DNA of 64,000 nucleotides from Anaerolineae bacterium (GTDB lineage Bacteria; Chloroflexota; Anaerolineae; S140-20): positions 69,687 through 133,686 of the forward strand of contig JALUTT010000059.1 in assembly GCA_027021705.1 (NCBI GenBank). Reading direction: 5' to 3'. The notes under the pieces were generated by a model. The model made no database searches and was not told the DNA's origin. It was given only the letters and a program-made list of their open reading frames with translations. A program made the position numbers and the translations under genes. Positions 20,401-32,400 of this stretch are shown piece after piece (the first letter of the stretch is position 1; every line of letters starts with the position of its first letter).

Positions 20401-23400
20401 AGCGCCTCATCGTTCCAGGTGACGTAGAAGGTCTGCTCGGCGCTCAGGGCGGCCCGGCTCGTCGCGTTGAGGCTGACCCGCCGGTCCACGCCGACCCGGG
20501 TGCAGCCGCTCTCCATCCAGCCGTCGTAGAGGCCGTCCGGGTCGTCCAGGACCACATAGTCGGGCGTGGTGGGGCCGTCCACGTAGACGGGGCCGATGCT
20601 CTGCGCCGTCTGCTGGCCGTACACGTCCCGGCAGGTGACCTGGACCGTCACCTTCTGGCCGTCGCCGGCCTGGTATTGGGCGCTGCGCGTGAGCGGGTCG
20701 TGCGCGGTGATGGTGGTCGTCACCGTGCCGGTCGTCTGGGCCGTCCATTCGGCCAGGTAGTCGGTCAGGCCGCTGCCGTCGCTGCTGGCGGTCCAGGTGA
20801 GGGTCAGCGTGGGTGAAAGAACGCGCAGGGTGTCGCCCGGGGCGAGGGGGCTACCGCCGCTGGTCAGGGTGAGGGTGACCGGGGCGGGTGGCACTACGTC
20901 CACGGTGATGACTTCGGTGACCTGCGCCGTGTGCCCGGCGATGTCGGTGGCCTGCGCCGTGACGGTGTAGGTCTCGCCGTCGGGCAGCGGCCCCGTGCCC
21001 AGGTACCAGGGCACGACCCACGGGCCACCGGCGGAGCCTACACTCCCCTCGAAGTGGCGCGTACCGGTGACGACGACCCGCACCTGGGGCCGGCTGACGG
21101 TGTCGGTGACCAGGCCGGTCAGATCGAGGATATCCGGCGCGTGGTAGTGGGTGGTGGTGAGCAGTGTGGGGGTGATGACGATGCTCGGCCGCTGGGCGTC
21201 CACGGTGACGGTGAGGGTGTCGGTGGCGACGTTCCCATCCCAGTCGGTGACCCGTGCCTGGAGCCGGTGCTGGCCCTCGCCGGCCGGGGTCCAGTTGGTG
21301 GACCAGTATGTGCCGGTGACGGTGCCGCTGGCCCAGGCGTCGGTGTAGAGGGTGGTGCTATCCACGGTGACAGTGAGGGCCCGCAGCGAGGAGGTGACCG
21401 ACTCGGCCTGGCCGGTGACGGTGACGGGGTCCAGGCTGCCCAGCACCGGCGGCACGCTGAGGATGGAGACGGTGAGGCTGGGCTGGCTCTGGGCCTGGAC
21501 CAGGGCCGTCGTGTGGAGGGTCTGTTGAGCGGAGGCCAGGGTGACCGTGGTGCAGTTGCCGGCCGTGTCGCAGGCTGTGGCCTGCTCGCCGCCGGCCGGG
21601 TCGCAGGCCGCAGTCCCCCCGCCGCCGGCCCCGACCAGGCTCAGCACCCGCAGCCCGTAGTCCCAGGCGGCCACGTAGGCGTAGTCGCCGGAGACGGCGA
21701 CGCCCCGGGCGTAGCCCGGCGTGTAGAGGCCGTCTGTGAACTGGGGGTTGGTGGGGTCGGAGACGTTGATGATGGGCAGGCCGCTGAGGCCATCGGCCAG
21801 GTAGACGGAACCTCCCTGGAGGGCCACATCCCCGGCATAGCCTGGCGTGTCGTAGGAGCCGACCTCGGTCGGGCTGGACGGGTTCGAGACGTCAATGACC
21901 CGCAGACCGGCCTGGCCGTCGGCCACGTAGGCGTGGGTGCCGGAGAGGGCGACGCCGACGGCATTCCCCGAGGTGTCGTAGGAGGCGACCTCGGTCGGAC
22001 TGGACGGGTTCGACACGTCAAGGACCCACAGGCCAGCGCTGCCACCAGCTACATAGGCATAATTGCCGGAGACGGCGACGTCGTAGGCCGGGGCGATGCC
22101 GGGCTCAATGCCCAGGAGAACTGGGGAGGCGGGGTTAGAGATGTCGAACACCTCCAAGCCATTTCCCTTATCGGCCACGTAGGCATAGTCCCCCGCGACG
22201 GCGACGCCCTGGGCATCCGGTGTCTCGGCACCCCCGACCAAGGTCGGATGGGTCGGGTCTGAGACATCCACGATGACCAGGCCGTCGGTATCGTCGGCCA
22301 GGTAGACATAGTTGCCGACCACGTCTACGCCCAGCACCTTCCCCGCTGTGTCGTACCGGCCCACAAGGGCCGGCTGGTCGGGCTTCGAGACGTCCACCAC
22401 GTAGAGGCCGCTCTCCCCGGCGGCGACGTAGGCGTGGGTGCCGGAGACGGCAACGGCGTGGGCGACGCGGGCGGAGCCCAGAGCGCCGACCTCTTCGAGC
22501 GTTGCGGGGAAGAGGTCGCAGACGGCGGTGAGTTGGTAGAGGGGCCGCGCCGTGTCGGACGTCCCGCCGGAGAGGGCGGCGTACCAGGGGGATTGGAAGT
22601 AGCGGTGCTCGGTGGCAACGCCCACGCCGCACGGCGTCTCAAAACGGTCCGCGTCCAGGCTGAAGTCCTGGGCGACGGTGGTGTAGCGGCAGTAGGGACC
22701 GACGATGGTGCGCGTCATCGTCAGGCGCGGGGCCAGGGTGTCCACCTCGCCGCGCCACGCGCCCCGGCTCTCCACGGAGTTGTCGGCGTGGCCGGCCGCG
22801 TCCCAGCCGCGCAGGTCGAGCCGGTAGGAGCCCTCCAGCCCGGCGGGCGGCGCGTCGGTCCAACTGGCCAGTTCCCCACCGGCGGGGGCGACCGTCGTCT
22901 CGCGCCACCGGCTCTGGTAGAGGGCGTTGATCTCGATCTCCGAAAGGGCGCGCGGGTAGATGCGCACGTCGTCCAGCCGCCCCTGCCAGTACGCCAGCGT
23001 AGATGGGTCGGCGGTCACGTCCCAGCGGAGCGTGGCCGAGGTGGAGGCATCGGCGAAGGTGTGGCTGCCGGATCCGAGGGTGGTATCGAGGGCAAAGGTG
23101 CCCAGGCGAACGATGCCCAGGCCGAGGTGCTTCCACACCTCGAGGTTGGCCGAGCCACAAAAAAGGATAGCCTTGTCGAGGGGGATGCTCTCGTCGGGCG
23201 TGGGCCAACGCGGGGCAGAGTACACCCACCTGCCGTCGAATTTAACGACGTAGCCAAAGGTCCACCGGGGATGGGGGATGAATTCTCGTAGGCTGAGGAC
23301 GGCGCAGGAGGAGTTGGCGACCGCATCCCGACCGATGTCGAACCGCTGCGCAGGGTAGGGGGTGCGGCCGGCGAACTGGTCGGTCGCGGCCCGCTCGACG

Positions 23401-26400
23401 CCGTTGACGTAGATCCGATACGTGGTGCCGTCGAAGGTGACCGCTACGTGGTTCCAGGTGTTTTCGGTGAGGATGCTGCCGGTGGTGAAGGTGTCCAGGT
23501 TGCTACCGTCGCCAAAGCCGACCTGCAATGCCGTGCGGTTCACGACCCGCAGGAAGGGGTAGGCGTAGGGAGCCTCGCTGTAGGCCCCGCTGCCCAGGAT
23601 GGGGTGGGCACCGTCGTCGGCCGGGGTGGGGTAGACCCAGGCCATCTGGGTGAAGCGGCCACGGCTCAGGTCGAGGCCGGCGTCCGGGGCGACGCCGACG
23701 TAGTCGTCCGTGCCGTCGAAGGGCAGGGCGTAGGCGCCGGCCGGGCCAGGCACGGCCTGCCTGGTGGGGTCATCCGCGCCAGTGTGCAGTGTGCCGTGGT
23801 GCTCCCAGCCCGAGACGTCGTCCAGGCGCGTGCCGTCGGCGGCCCAGGCGGTCTCGAAGGGCAGCCGCAGCAGCGGGCCGGCGCCCAGGTAGAGGGTTTT
23901 GATCTCGTCGGCGGAGAGGGCGCGGTCGAAGACGCGCACCTCGTCGATCCGGCCGGCAAAGGGTTCGTTGCCCCAGAGGTCCCGGCCGATGAGCAGGCCA
24001 TCGTCGGTATCGGGGTTGGCGGGAGCGCTTCCGGCGATGGTCTGGCGGGCCTGGCCGTCCACGTAGAAGGTGACGCTGTTGTCGGCACCCATCACGGCGG
24101 CGACGTGATACCATACCCCCGGCCTCAGTTGGACGTTCGTGGTGTCGTACTCCTGCACGCCAAAGGTGGCGAAGCGCAGGCCGGCCCCATTGAGGAAGAA
24201 CCCGAACCCGTCCACGCTGTGCCAGCGCTCGGTGCCGAGGATGCGCTGCACGCCGGTGACCCGGTCGGGGTTGATCCAGGCCATCACGGTGAAATCGTTG
24301 GTCAGTCGGTTGATGGCGCTGTTTCTGATCCAGACCTGGTCGTCCAGCCCGTCGAAACGGGCCGCGCCGCCGTCGTGGCCGGTCGCTCCGACGGTCGGGC
24401 AGAGCGCGCCATAGCACCAGCCATCGTTCCCCTGGCCGGAAACGTCCTGGAAGGTGACGTTGCCCCTCCGGTCGCGGTCGTCCTCGAAGGGGAGGTGGAG
24501 GAGTTCGCCGGCGGGCGGGGTCTCGTTGTAGAAGGGCGAGCCGGGCAGGGTGGACTCAAAGGCCGCCTCGACGCGGGAGACGCCGGCGACGGAGACATCC
24601 GGGCAGGTGGACGCGGTGGCGATAAAGGGCACGGTGGTCCCGGCCCCGTAGTTCCCATCCCACGTGGCCACCGTCGTGCCGCAGACCTGCACCGTGCCGG
24701 TCACGCCGCCGTCTCCGCCGCTGTCGCTCAGGCCGACCTGGCAGGCCGCGCCCTGGTGGACCCGCCCGTCCCACGTGTAGGTCGTCTGGGAGGCGAAGGC
24801 CCCCTGCTCGACCCAGTAGAGCGTCCTGCCCAGGCACCGGATCTCGATGCCGGATTCGTCGCCCGCTGCGTCGGTCGTCCAGGAGACGACGAGGGGCACG
24901 GGCCGGTCGGTGACGTCGCCCTGGAGGGTGACCGTGCCGGTGAGGGTGGCCGTGGGGATGCCCGCCAGGTCGAGGTGGGCAGCGGGGGCGGCGGCGTCCA
25001 CGTAGACGGTCGCCAGGTTGATGCTTGTCTGGTTGCCGACCCGGTCGGCGGCCTCGGCGTGGACGGTGTAGGAGCCTTCGGGAGCGCCGTCGGCGAAGAC
25101 GTACTCGACGCTCCACGTGTCCCCCGTCACCGTGGCGGCCTGGGTGCCCTGGCCGGCGGGCGTGCCGTCGGGGGTCAGCAGCGTCACCCGGAGGCTGCCC
25201 GCGGCCAGGCCGCTGCCGGCGTACCCGCCGGGGAGGGGCGGGTCGCTCACCGTGCCGCTCAGGCGCACCAGCCAGGCCTGTCCGATGGTAGGATGGGGAG
25301 CGGCGTCAATGCGCGAACCGTTGGCCGCGTCCAGGGTCACCACGGGGGGCGTGCCGTCCACGTAGAGGGTGTAATCCTGGGGCGAGCGCTGCCGGTGGCC
25401 GACCCGGTCCACGGCGCTGGCGCGCAGGGTGTAGCGGCCCTCACCGGAGGGGGTGAAGGTGGGGCACCAAGCAGCGCCGTTCGGAGCATCCATGCAGCGC
25501 GGGGCACTGACCCAGGTAAAGGCGCTCTGGCCCTCCCGGCGGAAGCCCAATCCCACTTGCATCACGTCGGAGGTGGGGTCGAGGGCCTCGATGTGCATCA
25601 CCACGTCCTGCTCGGCCCGGTAGTCGGGCGCGTCGGTGCGGACGGAGCGCAGGACCGGCGTGGGGTCGTCGGCGTCCACGGTGACGGGGTGGCTCTGGCG
25701 GTCCTCGGCCCACTTGCCCTGGTAGAGGAAGATCTCGCGCACCTGGCGGGGCGAGAGGGCATAGTCGTAGAGGGTGACCTCGTCTATGCGGCCGACGAAG
25801 GGCGTGAAGGCGTCCCACTGGCGCCCGATGTTGAGCGGGGTGTCGCTCTGGCAGACGGTGCCGGCGAGCGGCACGCTCCGATCCAGAGTGCCGTTGATGT
25901 AAAGGTTGACCTGCTGCCCATCGTAGGTCATCATCACGTGGTTCCACCGGTTCAGGAGCAGTTCACCCACGCTGTCGTAGGCCCGCCAGGTAGTGCAGTC
26001 CCCGGCCTGGAAGGAGAAGCGCACCCGGGTCGAGTTGGGCAGCAGCATCAGGCTGTAGTTGCGTTCCCCGCCGGTGCTGTTCTCTTTGGCCAGGATAACC
26101 TGTTGCTCGTTCTTGAGTTGGGTGGGCATGACCCACGCGCCGACGCTGAAGGTGGTGACGTCCAGGGCCGAGTCGTCGGGGACGGTGATGATGTCGTCCA
26201 GGCCGTCGAACTGGGGGGCCAGGCCGACCCGCCCCCGGGCGCCGACGGCCGGACAGGCGGCGCTGTCGCCACAGGCGCCGTGGTTGTCGTGGCCCGAAGC
26301 GTCCATGAAGAACGGCTCCCACCAAAACTGGGCCACGGCGTCGCCGGTGCGGTCGTAGTATTCCACCTTGATGGGGTGGACGCCCTGGGAGAGGGTGCGG

Positions 26401-29400
26401 GTGGCCCGGTATTCGGTGGCTGTCTGGTCGCGCCAGCCGTTGATGATGAGGCTGTCGTCCAGCCAGACGCGCATGCCGTCGTCGGTGCGGGCGATGAAGG
26501 TGTAGGTGCCGGCGTCGAAGTAGAAATCCCCGCTCCAGCGCACGGAGAAGTCGTCGGGGCCGATGGGGCTGGCGGGGCTGCCGGTGCCCCACTCGTGGTT
26601 GATGGGCCAGGTGTCGCAACCGGTGAGGGCCGGCTCGCCGCTCAGGGTGGTGTTGGCGTAGTATTCGGTCTGGAAGGCGCAGGTGGGCGTGGATTCGTCC
26701 AGGTGCATCTGGAACCGGGGGGCGGCGTGGAAGAGGACCTGAACGTCAGGGGCGGCGAGGGGCCGGTGGAAGACGCGCACGTCGTCTATGCGGCCCTCGA
26801 AATAGTCGTGACCGGCGTCTTTGGCGTAGCCGATGTTGACGCCGGTCTGCCGGTCAAAGTCGGAGGAGGATTTGCTGCCGGAGGCGACCAGGGCACCGTC
26901 CACGTAGAGCCGCTGTCCTCCCACGCTGCCGCCGAAGGTATGCACCAGGTGGTGCCACTCACCGTCAGCGTAGTTTTGGCCGGAGGAGCAGATCCTCTCC
27001 TGCCTCCACACCTGCGCACAGAGGTCGCCGTTTCGCAGGTAGATGTTACGGTCGTGGTTGTAGTTCCCGCTGCCCAGCGCACCGCTGAACGCGGAGAAGA
27101 TGCCGCAGTTGGGGCATCGGGTCTGGAACCAGAGGGAGACGCCGTAGGTCTGTTCCGAAACGTCAACGTTGACCTGGATGTTGTCGTTCACGCCGTCGAA
27201 GAGGACGGCCTGGTTGAGGCGGCCGCTGACGCCGGCGGTGGGGCAGGTCCCGCCGTTGGTGCTGTTCCAGGCGCATAAGCCGTTGCCCATACCAGCGACG
27301 TTGTCGAAACTGCTGGTGCCGGGGGCGTCGTCGAGGGGCAGGTGCAGGCCGGTGGCGCCGGCCTGGTAGAGTTCCAGCACCTCGTCGGCGGTCAGCGCCC
27401 GCTTGTAGAGGCTCAGTTGGTCTATCCGGCCCCGGAGGGGGATGGAGGGGTTTTGGTATTCCACTCGGACAGTGCCCTCCGTGTCGCCGGAGAAGGGGAT
27501 GTCGTGCACATAACTGGTCTCATCGGTGCCAAATGTCCAGCCGCCGCCGTCGAGCGGGTCGTCGCCGTCATCGGGGGCCGAGCCACAGCGCTCGCCGCGG
27601 CCGGTGTGGTCCCGGTCGTCCTCCCATATCCTCAACGTACCGCTGTTGAAGATGGTACGATAGACGTTCACGTCGTACCGCTGGCCGTTGCCGTGGTCAT
27701 CGTCAATCTGTCTTTGGTTGAAAATCTCGTTCCCGTTCCAGGCCATGCACAGTTCGGCTTTGCCGGCGCCGTCGTTCTCGTTGGTCACCTTGATGCTGTC
27801 TATGTCGATGTAGGCCCGATTGGTGGTGCGGCCAATAAAGAAGCCCTGGGTACTGGGGCTGGGGGCAGGCACCGCATCGCCCAGGTTCCAGCTTCCCCCT
27901 TGCTGGCCGTTGATGTAGAGCGTGGCGACGTTGCCGTCGAAGTTGCCGTCCGCGTCGAACGTGGGGCCGAAGGTGAGCACCACGTGGTTCCAGGCGTCGA
28001 GGGTCAGGACCTCGCTGCTGGTGCGCTGAATCCACTCGCTGCCGGTGCCAAAGCCAAAGCGGAGTTGGCGGCCGATGCGCAGCAGGGAGAGGTAAGCGTT
28101 GACATCGCCGCCGTTGGGGCTATCGGTGTTCTCATAGCTGAAGTACCTGCCCATGATGCCCTGGGGGTAGGTATTGCCGGAGGCGGGGTAGACCCAGAGC
28201 GCCAGGGTGAATAGGCCATCGTTCAGGGAGAGGGCGTCGTTGGGCGCCACCGAGATATAGTCGTGGCCATCAAACAGCGCGGCCTGGCCGTTCACCCCCG
28301 TGGCGCGGCCGGGGCAGTCGGGCCGGGAGCAGGAGACAGAACTGCCAAAGCCCGAAGCGTCCACAAAGGACGTTGCCCCGGGCGGCTCTTCAAAGCGCAT
28401 CTCAAAGACGGGCTGGATGTAGAGGGTGCGGATCTCCTGCGGGCTGAGGGGACGCTTGAAGACGCGCACGTCGTCTATGTAGCCGTCAAAGCGATTGCCG
28501 CCGTAGGCGCGGCCCAGGTGGACCGTGCTCTTTCCCAGGAAGGCGTCGTGCCCCGTTTCGACGGCCGTGAGTTCGCCGTTCACGAAGATGGCCATCTCGC
28601 CGGTAGCCTTGTCGTAGCGGAAGGCGAGGTGATACCACCCGCCGGTCGCCAGCGTGATGTCGCTTTGGAGCCAGTTGCCGTAGAAGTTTATACGGGGGTG
28701 ACCATCACGGACGCCCAGGAACAGCCCCTCGTTCGTCCTCTGCCGGTCCGTGCCCATGACCGTCCTGCTGTCGGAAAAGTCGTCCCCCTTGACCCAGGCG
28801 GAGACGGTGAAACTGCTGTCGTAAAGGCCCAGCGTTTCAGCGTCGGGGAGGGTCACCACGTCGTCGCTGCCGTCGAAATACAGGGCGTAGCCGAAAGCGC
28901 CGGGCTGCTGACGGGCCGGGCAACGGTCGCCGCTGCACGTGCCGTTGCGGGGCGGCAGGGCCCCGGAGTAGTCCAGGAAGGTGGTTGCGGTCACCGGTTC
29001 GTCCAGGCGCAGCCACAGTTCGGCGAAATTCGATTGCTCCCGCCGGTCGGTGATGAGCGCGCCGGCCACCTGGGTCAGGTCCATCCGGGCCGAGGGGGCC
29101 CCATCGCTTACCTGCACGTTGCCGGCCATCGTGGTCTGGCCCTGGGGCTCGAGGATGAAGGTGGTGAGCGGCACGTCGTCGGAGAGCAGGCCCGGAAAGT
29201 CGGTGCTCAGCAGGCCCTGAGCGTAGCGGCCCAGCAGTTGGTTTTCGACGGTGGCCTGGTAGTCCAGTTGGTCGCCGGGCCGGACGATGAGGTCGTTGGG
29301 GTTGTGGAGGCCGTCCCGGAGGCGTTGGACCTCGGCTTGCGAGAGCGCGTGGTCGAAGACGGCGACCTCGTCAATGGTGCCGACAAAGTAGAGGCCGACC

Positions 29401-32400
29401 TCGACGACCCCGGCGGCCAGGTCTTGCGCCACGGCCCAGGCCGAGTTGTCCAGGACGCCGTCAATGTAGAGCCTTCCCGTACCGTTCGCTTCCCGGACGC
29501 CGACCAGGTGATGCCAGTTGCCGTCGTTGATGGCCCGGCTCGAGGTCACTTGGAATCCATACCCGCCAGGGCCACGGGTGTACCAGCGTATGCGCCCATC
29601 ACTCTGCATCTCCATAGAGTAGCCCGAACTCCTATCGGGTGGGAACTGGTCCAGGATGTAGAGGCCGCCGCGATGGTCGGTCTTGACCCAGGCGGCCACG
29701 GAGAAGGGGCCTGGTCCAGAGATAGAGGTGTGGGCTTCCACCGGCTGCGGGCCGGAGCCGTTGAACTGCACGGCATACCCGTATCTGCCCGCCACGCCGG
29801 CGGTGGGGCAACTTTCGCCGCTGCAGGTGCCGGCGTTCCCGTAGCCGGACGAGTCGGCGAAGGCGGTCGCGCCCGCCGGCTCTTCGAAGCGCAACAGCAG
29901 GCGGGGAGCAGCGGCCTCCAATACCTGCGAGGTGAGCGAGAGCACGTTGGGGCTCGAATAGGCGCGGGGGTTGAAGCCATAGGCCCTTTCCAAGAAGTCG
30001 GAGAGCGTGTCGCCGTCGGCGTCGGCGTCGAGGGGATCGGAGGTGACCCAGGTGGTGAGGGCGGAGCCGTCGGCAGCGAAGCCGTACACGATCTCCCAGC
30101 CGTCCAGTTCCTCCCCGTCGGTCAGACCGTCGCCGTCGGTGTCCGGGCGGCGGGGGTCAGTCTTCAGGCGGAATTCCTCGGCATCGCTCAGGCCGTCGCC
30201 GTCGGTGTCGTAGAGGGAGGGGTCGCTGCCCTCCTGGAGTTCGAACCGGTCCGAGAGGCCGTCGCCGTCGTAATCCCACATGCTGTCGTTGGGATCGGAG
30301 CCGCTGTCGGCCGGGTTGAGCAGGCCATCACCGTCGAAATCCTTCTGGCGGGGGAAGACGAGGGGCAAGCCCAGGGTGTTGGTCACGGTAGTGTCCTGGC
30401 CCCAGGCCAGGCTGTAGCCGCCGTCCTTGGGGACGGGGGCGTAGAAGCCGTCCAGCGTGGCGGGGAAGACGTCGTACTTGAGGTTCTGGCCCAGGTCAAT
30501 GTGGTTGGTGGCCTTTTCCCAGCGGACATAGCAGATGGGGAATCCCGTAAGGGCCCAGCACTCCTGGGTGGGGATGGCGTACCCCTCGGCCAGATACAGC
30601 CTCACCGCGCGGTTGATGCCCGGTTCGTCCAGCCGCACACCGCTGCCGTCGGTAGCGACCTGGCGCACGATGAAGACTTTCTTGCCGTCCGTGGGGGTCC
30701 AATCCGTGATCTGCCCCAGGGAAAGGCTGTCATGGATGTCTTGCTCCACCGTCTGGTAGGTATACTCGAAGGTCGAAGACCGCAACATGAGCTGGTTGTA
30801 CTGCCAGGCATAGATGGCGGCTTTCCAATCGGCGGGGATCTTGGAGAGGCCAATGGTGGTGGTGACGGTGGCCTGGACGGCGAGGGCGTTCCCCACCGAG
30901 ATGCCCTTGGCCGGATCGAGGACGTTCTGCTGGAAGTTCTGGATGTCGAGGCGGTCGTCGGCTTCCATATCCACCATGATGTTGCTGGAGTAGATAGACC
31001 ATTTGACGAACTCGGACATCAGCCCGCTGATGCCCTTGCAGAACCACTGGCCGACCTTGCCCTCCTCCCAGCCGAAGGCGGCGCAGAGGGCGGCGATCAC
31101 GCCATCAATCAGGGCGATGACGGCGGCGATGATCTGCCCGACGACGGGGATCAGCGAGATGGCGAACATGATGACAGCCACAACGATGGTAGCGATGGTC
31201 CCGGCCAGCATGGCATTGAAGGCCAGGCTGCCAATCGTGACGCCGCTGGCGGCCCACATGGCGATGAACGCCCCCACGGCTGCCACTGCGCTGACGATCA
31301 GGCCGATGATGCCGGCCTTCTTGCTCGACTCGCTGACCGTATTGATGGCCTTGAGGCCCACGGCGAGGCGGCTCACGTTCAGTAGAAACACCCGGCCGTG
31401 GTCTATGACATCTTTGATCGCCATTCCCACGCTGACGACGGACATGACGACGCCGAGGGCCTGGCCGGCCGTCTCACCCTGGGCGGCCAGCGCCACCGTC
31501 ACCCCCACAGTGAGGATCGCGCCGGCGGCCAACCCGCCGATCCTGGCCTTGCTCATGCGGGATAGTTTGGATGTGATGTTGCCCAACGTGGCCTTGATGG
31601 TGCTCCATCTCAGGGCGTGTCTCGTCATCTGCAGCGCCTCGCCCAGGTAGGAGTAGAGAGCAATCACCCTACCCATTGGCGTCTTCAAATCCGCCGCCAA
31701 CCTTCGGAAACCCAAAGTCATCAATTCATCTAGCGTGTCTTCCAAATACAGCATATAGTCCTCGGCCAGGAAACTCACAACGATCCCTATGCCGCCTCTG
31801 CGGCCTCCTATATGCCGGGCCAGTCGGGATGCTTCCCGGGCCAGGGAGAGGTCCGATTCGCTGGCCTCCAGGTCCCACACGTGCTGCTCTCCAATGCGCA
31901 CCATCCTCGTCACGCCCAGGAACATGGAGAGATAAAAGGAGCGGGCCAGGGCCGTCTGCCCGGCGGCTACGTAAACGCTCTGCATGTCGGCGGGGTCGCT
32001 CACCGGGAAGACGTCCTGGAGGCGCACCTGGAGGAGGTCCCAATACTCGTTGATGGGATAGGATTCCCACTGGCCGTTGCGGTAGCGGAAGGGAGCCCAG
32101 CTCAAGAAGGCCATCGTCATCTCGGGGGCGCCGGCCGGGTCCGCATTGACGGCCAGCCGAGCGCCGTGGAGGGTAGCCAAGCTGGCGTCGTCCAGGTTGA
32201 CGCCACGATACCGCTCCTCGCGGGCGAAGAGCAGCGTGGGGGCGTCCGCTCGGGGTTGGCCGGCGTCCATAAAATAGGTGTTCAGGACATTGACCGTCTC
32301 GGTCATCATCACGGTAGCGATGTGGTCTCGGTCGGGGTAGGAGAAGTTTTCGACCTGCATCGTCGCCGTCACGGGGATACCCCAGCGGTCGGTGATGGTG

